Origin: Chrysomallon squamiferum
Taxonomy: Eukaryota > Animalia > Mollusca
NCBI GenBank assembly: GCA_012295275.1
Contig: CM022670.1
Location: 2,108,001-2,172,000 of the forward strand
Length of the DNA stretch: 64,000 nucleotides
Direction of reading: 5' to 3'
Of this stretch, positions 51,543 to 64,000 are shown in pieces. The notes beneath the pieces were generated by a model, which worked only from the letters and a program-made list of their open reading frames with translations, was not told the origin of the DNA and searched no databases. Each line of letters opens with the position of its first letter. Within the stretch, counting starts at the first letter, position 1. Position numbers and translations under genes: made by a program.

Positions 51543-52237
51543 ACAACAAAATGTATTAAATAAATTTAAAAAAATATATATATATTTCTGAATTAAAATG
51601 AAGCAGGACACAAGTTTCAGTTAAAAAGACTTCTCACTTTAAATTAAGAAATTAAAAAAGTAAAAAAGGAAATGTGTGTGTTTGCCATTTTTGTATATAA
51701 AAAAAAAATTAAAAGTATTTTACACCCATGCACACATACACACACACACACATACACACACAAACACAGTCACACACACACACACACACACACATACTTC
51801 TAAAACTGATTCAGTGAAGTAAGAGATAGTATATTTTAATTCAAAGAAAGTAAATAAATAAGAAACAAGTGACTTGCAGAAGTGTTTTTACTGTGGTGGG
51901 TGACAAAGGGTGGGAAGTAGTCACATGAGGAAGGAGAGGCTTGCTGGTGTCAGTCATGTACTTTAGTAATCATTTCAACACTGGACTAGGCTGAGGTAAG
52001 TGCTTACTTGTTCATGATGTCTCGTCTGTGTTTTTATTAAAGTAATAGTATTATTATGTATGTTTTAGTATGTGTATGCAATACGTACACATACCTACAC
52101 ACATATACATATATATATATATATATGTATGTATATATATACATAAATACATATGTACACACCCACACATAATTTATAACTGTATATATGCATGTATTTA
52201 TGTATATATCTAGATATGTGTAAATGTGTGTATGTAT

Positions 52238-52287
<50 letters not shown>

Positions 52288-53311
52288 TAACACACACATG
52301 GATTTTTTTAAATTGTTTGTTAAATGGACAGTTATTTTGTTCATTGTTGCAGTTTCGTGTTACTTGTCAGAGTCTCCTGGTTTCATCTTTGTCAGTTAAT
52401 CTGAATCTGGGTGAACTTCAGTTACTTGGATATTTATAAGTGCAAGTGTGAATGAAATGTGTTTACCTGGACATGTGTGAGAGAGAGGACGTGATTTGTG
52501 TTCACTGGTAAAGTGTGTGCAGTTATCTGCAGCTAAATGTGTGGATGTGACTATTTGTGATGACAGTGTGACCACCATCACATGATTTTCTCAGTTTGTC
52601 ACTGTTCTAAATACCAGCTGTCAAGATATGTGTATATATATTTATATATTAATATGTGTATGTATGTGTGTATGTTTGTTCATCTGCATGTATACACGTG
52701 TGTGTGTATCTATGTATATATATATATATGAATGTATTTAAGTTTGTAAATTTGTGCCTATGTGTATGTATGTATTTGTTATTGTATATAGTTTTGTATG
52801 TGTATTTACACACACACATGCATACACGCACACATATAGTTATGTGTACATCCATATGTATTGAAATATGTTTGTAACTTTACATTTCAACTTACTCGCA
52901 TAAGTAGATGTACTGTTTCCATACAAAAGTACATCCTATATCTATAGTATCTTCTCTTGAATTAACTTTGTTTTTTGCTTCCTTTGTTCTGTGTTAAGGA
53001 CACATTGAACAACTTTTTCCTCAGGGTGAGATTTATTTATAAATTTCTGATCGTGCTAAAAGCATTCTTGTTCTGTTTTTGTTGTGTTTTGTTATTGTGG
53101 TGTGGTAGCGTTTGCTGTCATGGAGCATGAAAATGAAGTCATGAATAAAATGTCACTGAACTAAAACACAGTGAGATAAATTACAGTTTGTTTGTACTGA
53201 TCAATGATGTAAAGATAGTTTTCTAATCAGCAAATGGTACTGAACAAATACATTTTATCTGTTACTTCACATGTGCATGCACAAACAGATTATACACACC
53301 CACAGGCTTGG

Positions 53312-53386
53312 TCACACACACAGATACACACACACAGACACAGACACAGACACAGACACACACACAGACAGACAGACACACACACA

Positions 53387-53460
<74 letters not shown>
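53312..53460. repeat. (CA)n/(CAGACA)n microsatellite
   Basis: Direct reading. Confidence 0.95.
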
Positions 53461-53462
<2 letters not shown>

Positions 53463-53691
53463 TTCAGAGAATTTTAATATCGTTTTGCCATTATCCTTTC
53501 TTTTCAACATTTTTTTTTTATAAATGACCTAAAGCCACAATATAAGAAAACAATAAAAAAAAAGAGTTTACATTCTAATTGCTATGCTATGTGTTTTTTC
53601 CCACTGATAAACATTGGACATTTTTGCAAAACAAAATCACATTAACATAAATGATTTTGATGATTTGCATACATATATTTAAATATTAAAA

Positions 53692-53758
<67 letters not shown>

Positions 53759-54081
53759 GCTTAAGACCAGGCAAGTCTGCATGCAGGTTTAATTTTCATA
53801 TCTGGTAACATCTGCTGCATTTAAACTGGTTGTAAGTTGAGTAAATTTAAAAGCTGGTCAGTCTTTGAACAGACTCTGTAGTTAACACAGACTCACATTG
53901 GTCATATCCGAGATGGACCAACAGGGCATTGGTTTCTGTAACTGTACTTGGTAAGTTTAGTAAATAACAGCATAACTGTATGTAAATGTTGGTATCTTAT
54001 AGTGTAGTGTATTTTAACATCACATTCCATATAGCACATATCTTATGTGTATATTAAAGTTAATATAACTTTGCACACATA

Positions 54082-54122
<41 letters not shown>

Positions 54123-55595
54123 CAGGAATACACATATTATTATTATTATTAGCAGGGCATAACATGCTGGTTTATTTAACTGAGTTTAGTACAGATGGAT
54201 ATTAAAATTAAAAGGGTGTACAGTATGAGGGAAATGTTAGTATTACAAGTGGTTTGTAGTCACTGTAGGTACTTCATAACTTCAGTGGATAAACAGTGCA
54301 TGGCTTATCTGTTTCTTGTTACTGGTAAATTTACCATGAGAGAGTCTACTGGTTCATTTAACTTGCTGTAATTTATGTAAATATTAATGATGGTATTGAA
54401 TGATATAGTTAGACACTACAGTTCATAAATGTTTGAAAAAAAACTGTGTCTGGGCATGCTTGTATTTTGTAACTCTTTGTTAATGGTAAATTTAACAGTG
54501 TATAGTTACACTGATACTAACAGTATAGTTAGGTAGTTCATAGTTTTCATGACTAAACAGGACATGACACACCAGTACGTTGTATTTTTAAAGTTTCACT
54601 GTGTATAATATATGCATGTAGATGTTAACAAAATATGGTATACTTGCATGAGATATGTGTATTAAATTTTAATAATGACAAGGTACAGTAACTTGAATAG
54701 TTTATAGCTGTCATGAATAAAGTTTCACATACTCATTTTTTTTTAAATTTTAACGTATATTTTTACAAAAGGATACAGTAAAATAATCCTTCATTCATCA
54801 TTAACAAGTTTATTTATAGCAGAAATGTACTGAAAGGAGAGTTTTTGAAGAAAAAAAAAGAGAAAGAAGGAATGAAAGAAAGATAACTAATAATTATAAC
54901 ACCAAAACTGAGCTCTACATTACTGGAAATATTGTAATTTTGTTGAAATCCACCCCACTAGAAATGCTCTTTCTTTTGGAAAACCTGCTTGATTAACAGA
55001 CTCACACAGTAAGGAAATGAATTCTTGGAAGCCAATACTGTTTAAATCATCCTTCATCACTGGGAAATTGCGGTTTTCTTGCCCACGGGTCATGTAAAGG
55101 AAACAACACCCTGAGCTCAGTGCAAAACCTCTGTAATTAAAAGTCATGCATTTTTCTTCACTTCAGTAGACATTTGATACCGCTAGGAAGGAATAATCAA
55201 ATAGCTCAGAGACTGTAAAAACACCTGTAGCCAGCAATCAATAAAATATTATTTACAACTATTTGATATGTATATTGAACTCTTGGTTTTTATCAGTATG
55301 CACTGGTCTTCTTTTCAAAGGTGGCTTTGGTAACAAGCCAATAAATTGCCACACTTTTTATTATGAAATCAATAGCGGCAGTGGCAGTATTAAAGTTAAT
55401 TATTATGTTTTGCTGGTGCACATCTATATCATTATGAAGATAACTGCATGGCAAGGATAAACAAGTATTTTAATTGCATATTAATTAATGAAAGGTTGTT
55501 TGTAGTTGTTTTATAATTAAGTATCGATTTTTTGTCTTTTTTTTTAACCACAATTTCTTCTTATTATATGAATTATTTTTTCTTTATTGTATATG

Positions 55596-55637
<42 letters not shown>

Positions 55638-55975
55638 TATTTTTTATTATTATTATTATTTATTTTTATTATTTATTTAAAATCTTTTAATTTTTGTTTA
55701 AAAATATATATATATATATATTGTTATTATAATTTTATTGAAATAAATAATTTGAAACTTAGTAGACTGCCAGCTGAAAAACAAAACAAAAACAAAACAA
55801 TGACACAAATTAGTTTTGATATTAAAACAGCAAATCACAATTTAATTAAAACATTATTATAAACACTGCAGCATGGCCAAAGAAAATCATTAGTTTTCAA
55901 AAACAACAAGAATAAAAAAATATATATATATAAAAAAAATAAAAATTATATATATATATTTATTTATTTATAAAT

Positions 55976-56006
<31 letters not shown>

Positions 56007-56684
56007 TTATTATTTTGACTTCTGTTAAAGTTTTTATTGTGCACTAAGTTCAGGATAAAAAGCAAAAAAAAAAAAAAAAACAGGAAGATTTTTTTAAAAA
56101 AAAAAATAACAGCAGTCATTTGTTTGTTCGTGAACATCTGAGAAAAATCTATACTACAGTAACTATCTTGTCTCAAGGACAGACAGATGTGCTTATCTAA
56201 AACAATAACACAGATATAACCAGCCTCAGGTTTATCAACTCACTTTGTTCCTCTAAGAAAGTGCATGATAAACACCATTTACAGAGACAAATCTGTTATG
56301 AGTGATATCACAGAAGATAAGTACATGATAACAGCATCGCAGAGAAAAACATGTGACAAAAAGTATCATAAAGAAATGTAAATAGCATTATCAGGTACAT
56401 GATGAATAGTATCATTGATAAAAATACATGATAAATAGTATCATAGAGAAAAAGTACATGATACAAATGGTATAACAGAAAAGTACATGGCTTATTTTGT
56501 TTGGATAATACATGATGCTGCAGAGTGGCGCTAATGCAGTTTTACACAATTAACGAGTGTGGACATTTCATTATTTTGATCAAAGCAACTTTCTTGTTTG
56601 AAGAGCTGTTTCCACTGTAATATGATTTTAAAATAGTATTCAGCGTAATTTAGTTTGTCTGTTTTCACTTTGCCATCTGTCACT

Positions 56685-56930
56685 TAGCTGTGTTACTTTG
56701 TGTTGTTAACTAAATGTTACTTAGTGTTTGTTACTACTGTTTTGTACAGTTCCTATTACTAATTTTATTTGGCTGTGTTACTTAGCCTGTTATTAACTAT
56801 GTGTTACTTTGTGTTGTTAACTAAATGTTACTTAGTGTTTGTTATACTAACTGTTTTGTACAGTTCCTATTACTAATTTTATTTGGCTGTGTTACTTAGT
56901 CTGTGTATTAACTGTGTTACTTAGCTTATG
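56685..56930. repeat. About 111-bp direct tandem duplication built from TGTGTTACTTAG subrepeats
   Basis: TGTGTTACTTTGTGTTGTTAACTAAATGTTACTTAGTGTTTG...GGCTGTGTTACTTAG is present twice. Confidence 0.85.
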
Positions 56931-57916
56931 CTATTTAATTTTACAGTTACATTAATATTTTTGTTTTAAGTGCTTTAGAATAACAGATTAATAAAATATA
57001 AAATAATGTGACTGATTTGATTAATGTTTTATAACTTAAGAATCTTTAGACATAATGCTGGAATCCTTTGTGATAATGTTTGCTCGGTTAAGCTATTAAA
57101 CTTTATTCTGATAAATAATATTATTTATTATATGTATATAGTTTTATGGATTTCTTTTTCTTCTTCTTGTAATTTGTTAATAATATGCAAAGACAAATGA
57201 TTTATTGTAATATAACTCCTCTTATTCTTTTATTTCCTTTTTATTATAGATATTTAGAAAAAAAAATATTAGCAGGGCTTTTTTTTTCTTTAAATATTTT
57301 AATTAATGTTATTATTATTGATCTGAATAGCAGACTTCAAAGTTTGCCCTGCAATTAGTTACGGATTGTACTAATTCTGAGAAACGTTACAGACTGTAAC
57401 TGTGAGACTGTGAGGACAGAAATCATTGACAACACTTTAACAGAACACTGATGACAGTGTTCAGCAGCTGCTACATTACAAGAGATGTTTGCAGTTAGCG
57501 AGTCTTTATCTGCTTGTGTACTTAGTTGTAATTCCTTTCTCACCTCTCTGCTCTTAAAACACACAGTCATCTTCATACTCGCTAAATGTATGGTGATGTC
57601 TTTGTGTCCACGTCAAACATGCTCTAACATTAACTTGATGAATTCTCTCACCTCGGGTAATGTACAGATAAAATAAGATAAACTGACAAAGTCTGAAAAG
57701 ATTTGTTGTTGAAATCATCAGATTAATCATAGATAAATTTAATTGTACCTTTGCATAACAGTCAAGTTTTTCTCTGGAGGAAGCCCATGACAATCACTTC
57801 AGTGCAAGGCAGTAGTAAAAAAAATAACTGGGTTTTTTCACGATTATTTCCCAAGATAACAGTGCTCTAATCAAAAAATTTGGATCATTTTCAAGATCAA
57901 TAACATAAAAATAAAA

Positions 57917-57951
<35 letters not shown>

Positions 57952-58477
57952 TTATTTTTTTTTATGTTACTGCTTTTCAAAATGAAAAAAAAAAATTAAC
58001 TATTCAAAATCCAGTTTATTAATCTCTGTTAATGTTTGTTCTCTTAAATAAATCTTTTTTTTTTGGTATATAAAATTAAGTTGCAAGCTGAAGCAGGTTA
58101 TCAGATGGGTGGTCTCCTGGTGCAAACATCTGGGGCTGTTAAAACCTTCTGCAATAAAAGAAAATTAGATAATATTCACACTTGATAAATAATCTGACTC
58201 TGTTTCCTTGCCTAGGCTGCACATTATCTTTATACAGGTTCTAATTTTAAAGATTCTTTTTCATTTTAATAGTATACCTTTTATTATGTGAGTTTTATTT
58301 TGAACTGAAACTTAAAAAAAAAAAAACCTTTAAAAAAAGTATGAACTGCAGGATATAACTAACATAAAGATAATTACTGTATTTGAAGATTATTTTTTAG
58401 AAGATCTTTAAATTTAAATTTTGTTTAAGACATTTCTTGGAATTTAATTATGAAGTTGATGTAATATAAAAGGTTGT

Positions 58478-58792
58478 ATGGTTAAGCACAGATCTCATCT
58501 TTCACTGGTTGCAGGATCAATACTTGTCAGCAGATTATTAAGTTACTGTCTATCACATTCTGTGAATATGTTTATCAACGTAAGTTTACATGTGGGTGTT
58601 TATGGGTGTGATCTCTGTTTATGCATGCAGTATCTGTGTGCATGTGTGGTTTACTGAATAATGGAAGGTGTATATAAACATCTCTTGTTGCTAATGGCTG
58701 CATATAGCTCATGAAATGTTGACAGCAGGTCAAATACATAAGAGCCATTAATATCTAATTGTGTCAGTGTTGTTAAACAAATATTTATTTTC
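58478..58792 (+). mobile_element. Near full-length degenerate SINE-like copy
   Basis: Possible tRNA-like head (TGGTTAAGCAC...GGTTGCAGGATCAATAC), core GGAAGGTGTATATAAACATCTCTTGTTGCTAAT...CATGAAATGTTGACAGCAGG, and tail GTGTTGTTAAACAAATATTT. Confidence 0.55.
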
Positions 58793-59816
58793 CCCATTCA
58801 TTCACTTACTTTGAAATAGGTTTTATAGTAATATATACTCATATTCATGGTCAAATGCCAGCAAAGCAAATATCTTGGTATGTGAAGGTTTTTCAAAACA
58901 TCACAGTAACCAAGTGAGCTGCTTTCTGATTTAAAACAAGTGCATGCTTTCTGTTTATTTGGTTGGTTACCACTGAATGCTTATTTCAGGTTATTGACAA
59001 TTTATTTGATTAGTTAACCAGTCTGTGAGATTTCTGTCACAGTACAAACTATTTATATTCATTCACAGTCTACATGGAACCACTTGCTGATTAGGTAACT
59101 GAATGTACACCAAAATCAATGTTCACTTTTGCTGTTTTTAGTTTCATTTTTTTTTCAAGAAAAGCTTTGTTATTTCAGTTCTGTAGCATTTTCTAACCAT
59201 CTGATTTGATTTGTGACTCAGTGGTCAAGTTGTGTTAACACCAACTGTTCTGAAATCTGATAGATGTAGATTAAAGAATTCTGTTAAAGTGGTTTCTGGT
59301 CCATCTAGGGAAATGAGGTAGGTAAATGGAAGTTACTGAATATGTGCTTGGATATATGCTAATTCTCATATACATATTCTCACACATATAAACTGTGATA
59401 CATGTGTGTACTTAAATACACAAAAAACTATAATTTTCACATATATTCATTAAATTACCCATACATGTATACACTTACATACATACAAACAAACATACAT
59501 ACCAATGCATAAATAACACAAAGACACGTATAAAAACATTTTCGTCAAGGAACTTTGGTATTTTTGCAGTATAACAGACCTGTAAATGCATAAAGCAGTG
59601 ATGTGAACATTAGTGTACTTTAAAATATAACTGTTTTATAAACAGAGTGATTGACAATTAAACTATGTAAATATTACAAAGATATATTACTTGTTTCAGA
59701 AAAAGTTATATGTTACATTTTGTGTGATGTTTTTTTTTATATCGTTACTGATGCCTATATCCATATTACCCAAAACAGTGATATACATAACAAACATTAA
59801 CACTTTCTCATCTGCA

Positions 59817-59863
<47 letters not shown>

Positions 59864-62693
59864 TCATTTGTACAAACATATATACACACTCTCACAAACA
59901 CATACACACACTAATACACACAAAGACACAGACAGGAACAAAGAAGGAATGAGAGAGAATGAGAAAGACACTGATAAAAATGATGTAACAGGATTCTGAC
60001 ATGCAGAAATGGTCACTGTAACTGTAATTGTAATTGTGCATTATGACCAGGCTTACGTGTAGCAAAGATGCTTATGATTACTGAGCCTAACAATGACACC
60101 ATTGCACCAACAGAATTGATTCTTAATCAATTACTGAAATGTTTGGACAACAAGAACATGTTTACAGTGGAAAAATGTTCTGAACATCATAACACTATCG
60201 CAATAATGTGAGTGTTTAAGACTTTACAATGGAACAGTTTCGTAACATCATCAACGTGATAGAAACGTTAATGTTTATGACTCTCTAGCGGAAAATATTC
60301 TAAGCATTATCTGAGTTATTATAATAATGGGACGATTAAAATGTTGCAAATGGAAATTTTTCTAAACATTATCTGAATATCAGAATAATGTTAATGATTA
60401 AGTGGAAAGTCTTATCACAGCAACACATTCAAGTGTTAACAGTTTTTACAACTGTCATAATAATGATAACATTTAGCTGTCCATGTCTTTAATCAATGTA
60501 TATTGTAGACTGTGCATGATGATAACAACTCATAACTAAAAACAGTCAGCCACGTTTCTGTTTTTCTTTCAAAGCTTTGACTGTAAAGATGAGAACAAAT
60601 ACTGTTATAACTCACTGTTTGGCAACCACTGGGTGTTCTGTCCATGATAGGGGACGTCAGGGAACAAGGCGAGATATTCCCAAACAGGGGCTTACCATTG
60701 ATTTCTCTGATTGGGTTTTTCCTTGTTAATTTCCACTGTGGTTTGGCTGTTAGTGGCGAGAGCATTTTGTGTGTGGTGAAGAAACATCGTTTTGATGATG
60801 TGTTAATTATTCTCTTACAGTTTGGCCTTGGCTTTCTTTGGCCACATCTCCTGCAGGCACCTTGCTTTACTGTTGTTCTTTCTTCACTCTGTCATTATTT
60901 CTTTCTTTTTTCTCTACCAGTTTCTACTGCTTAGTGTCAAAGCAAGTGTTTGGCAGAACTGTGGAAATGTAATATTATCTATAATCAGCATTTCTGATTC
61001 TGACAGGAATTACTACAATGTTAAAGACAATTTCAAGTGCAAAGCTTTTATCAGTAAGTAATGTTATTGTGTATATTTGCTTGAAGTAGATAATGTATTG
61101 TAGAGCCTACAGTAAAAGTCACATAAATCACAGAATTATTTTGTTTGTTATTAATACCATAATACTGTTTGTCAAATATTGTTTATGGTATTAATAGCCT
61201 TGTCCCATTAAGGTTTTATATAAAGGCAAATTTTTTATTTTCTTGTGTATGTATGTGTATATCCATATGTGTGTGTGTCCATGTATGTATGTTTTGTGTG
61301 TGTGTGTGTGTGTGTGTTTGTGTAAGATCTACTCTGACTTTAATTTACGTACAAATCTCTCTGGATAATATTTCCTGTTATTAGATGCTTGCTGACAGTT
61401 TTTTCTCTCCCAGATGTCAGTTCAAGTTACGTATAACACATGCAGTGGTGTAATAAACTGAGTAGTTTCCACACATGTTGACTCATACAATTAAAAAACA
61501 GTTTTAATTTAACATGAGTTTTTTTTTTCTTTTTTAATATTATTATTGTTGTTGTTGGTTGTTGTTGTTTAATTTTATTTCAGAATTAAATGGTTTTTCT
61601 TTTATTATTATTTGTCAGTATTTTATATTTGCAGAGAAAATTAAATATTCAGTCTAGAAAATTATATTTTCATGGAGTTGTTTCCCTTAGTTTCTGTTAT
61701 GACTAATGAAGTCAGGACTGTTTTATTACCTTACACTATTTACATTTAATAAATAATTAAGAATTATTTTCAAAAATCATGCACTAATTATTATTATTAC
61801 TTACAGAAATTGTCAAAAAAAAAAAATTGAATATTTATTTCATTACTGTTTCATCGTTTCCAACATGGCTGCCACAGTTAACAGTGACTCATGGTCCTGC
61901 ATCTGGCTTCAATATAACCAAATCTAATTTCTGACTGATTGCTTTTAAATTGGAAATATTGTTTTGTGTTGTAAGATGAAGGGCCACTTTTCTTACTTTT
62001 TCATCTAGACATTGATTAAGTGAGACAGAAAGATCATCCTTGAACTTTACCAATAATGAATCAATACAAAACAAAAGCGATCTGTCCAGACACTGTTTGC
62101 CTGTTCAGACGTCTTTGGACTTGGCTGTGACCACTGAATGCTCAGATGCTCACACAAAAGAAAGTTTGGTTCTGTCGGTCTGCTCTCAGGACAGTATTGT
62201 TGTTGTGTTACGACAGTAACAGCGATAATAAAATACAATCTCACCATTAATAATAGTGTTAGTTTCTAGTCAGGAGAGTAGTATAGTTGTGTTAGGACAT
62301 AATAATAATAATAATAATAATAATAAAGTCACAAAATACAATACAAATTACTATATAAATTTATTTAAAGTTATTTTTATTGTTATTGTTAATATATTAA
62401 TGTTCTTCTTCTTCATTGGTTAAATGATATGACATACAATCTCAGTAAAGCTATGTTGATTAAACAACACACATCTGTTGTCTCTTATAGGTACTACAGG
62501 TGTTGCACCATGTGGCCCCACCAAAACTAAAAAAATATGTTTTTTAAGGTTATTATTAAGTTACCATTTAATGGAAATAAATAGTAGTTGACAGTGAATT
62601 AAGCAGTTTATTTACTGAGTGGACTCAGAGAAGGTCTCATTCACTTGGATACTGTATTGTCAAAATGTTATTATTTTACTGTGTATGAGTATA

Positions 62694-62731
<38 letters not shown>

Positions 62732-62929
62732 GTATATATGTATTTTTTTTTTTAGTTGATTTAGTAATTTAATCTGTTATTTAATCATTTCTTATGTATG
62801 TATTAAATTACCTGTTTTCCTTGGTAACTTAAAATTAATCTTAAGAAACATATTTATTTTATTTTTGGTGGGGCCACATAGTGCAACACCTGCAGAACCT
62901 ATAACAGACAACAGATCTGTGTTTAATCA

Positions 62930-63110
62930 TCCATTATCAAATATCCTCCCAGTCACCATTCCTGTGATTGTCATTGTTCACCAATTCCTTGTGCTTAGCA
63001 GCAAGCATTCTTTACATACACATGGCTCAGTAATCAGGAACAGATAAACATGTGTCTTTGATACACCAGAAGACTAACAAGATTTATGCTGCCCACATTC
63101 ATTGCATAAC
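62930..63110 (-). mobile_element. Degenerate SINE-like fragment
   Basis: TTAGCAGCAAGCATTCTTTACATACAC...CAGGAACAGATAAACATGTGTCTTTGATACACCAG is the reverse complement of the family core. Confidence 0.5.
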
Positions 63111-63850
63111 AGGTGATCAGTCCAGATTATCTTACATCTAATACAATGATGTGTGCATGTCTTTTCATGTGTCTTTGTCTGTTTATCTGTCTAGATATCT
63201 GTCTATCCACATATCTTTATATATCTTTATCTGTATTCTTTATCTTTATATATACATATATGAAAAACACATGCATACACACACATCCTTCAAGTATAAG
63301 TTATTACAGCTCAGATGAAAGTGTGTATATGTCTGAATTAAAAACATGATAGTTTGTCTTAATTGGGTTGTGACTTGTCAGTGTCATCTGTTGTTTGTTA
63401 TTTATATGACAGTAAGAGTTTCAGGGGACTTTTCTGATGTGTAAGTAAAGAACTCTGTCATATCTGTAGGAAGAAAAAAAGTTCAGTTTTTGCACATTTT
63501 GGTAATGGAATTGAGAGGAATTTTGGTCTCTTGTGTATAATCTGTCAATTACAGAAAACTTGTGTGGTTTGTGAATATTGAATAGACTGTGTAACAGAGA
63601 TACATGTATGTTTTTATCGTTTTATACTACAGATAGACATTTATGTTATTTTTATTTATTTATTTATTTATTTATTTGAGAGTTTGATGAAAATTACTAA
63701 GTATTTTAGTTTATATTTTTTATTGTTTTGTTGGTTCTTTTATTATTTTTTTTTTTTTCAGTTAGCAAATTAATAAAAAATTCTTTAAAATCTGTAACAC
63801 GCTGAATAAATACATAAATGTATAAATTACTCCAATATATGTTCTTATGT

Positions 63851-63882
<32 letters not shown>

Positions 63883-64000
63883 TAGTAATAACATGAACAT
63901 TTTTTTGGTTTTTTTAAACCCCGGAAGGACACAACTTTTATCACATTATAAATGAATGTTAATTAACTAAATGAAAAACACATCTGCATCATCCATATGC

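Overview
This is very AT-rich, intron-rich animal DNA with many microsatellites. It is probably from a gastropod mollusc, inferred only from a dispersed SINE-like repeat I recognise from memory, so the taxon is unverified. Positions 1-21.5 kb hold a tandem array of four apparently intact 8-coding-exon genes for CBR1-like NADPH-dependent carbonyl reductases (classical SDR: TGxNKGIG, NNAG, NVSS, YxxSK, CCPG). I assembled all four exon by exon; they encode 269, 277, 280 and 277 aa. Copy 3 looks like an unequal-crossover chimera, with its 5' part from copy 4 and its 3' part from copy 2. Differences among copies cluster in the glutathione/substrate-binding loops, partly through shifted splice acceptors. 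Copy 1 lost its ancestral ATG and has a new in-frame one, copy 3 lost its stop codon, and copy 4 has Ser at the position of reactive Cys227 of human CBR1. Introns carry a hAT-type MITE with an 8-bp TSD, a decayed Tc1 transposase and a hAT Charlie/Buster fragment. Positions 22-64 kb contain no recognisable coding sequence. That part has a CpG-rich promoter (X-box, CCAAT, ETS) with a first-exon donor at 27.1 kb, scattered candidate 5' exons of an unidentified large + strand gene, SINE/LINE relics, and several mini- and microsatellites. I found no evidence of a wholly new biological system; the best lead is the diversifying CBR array.
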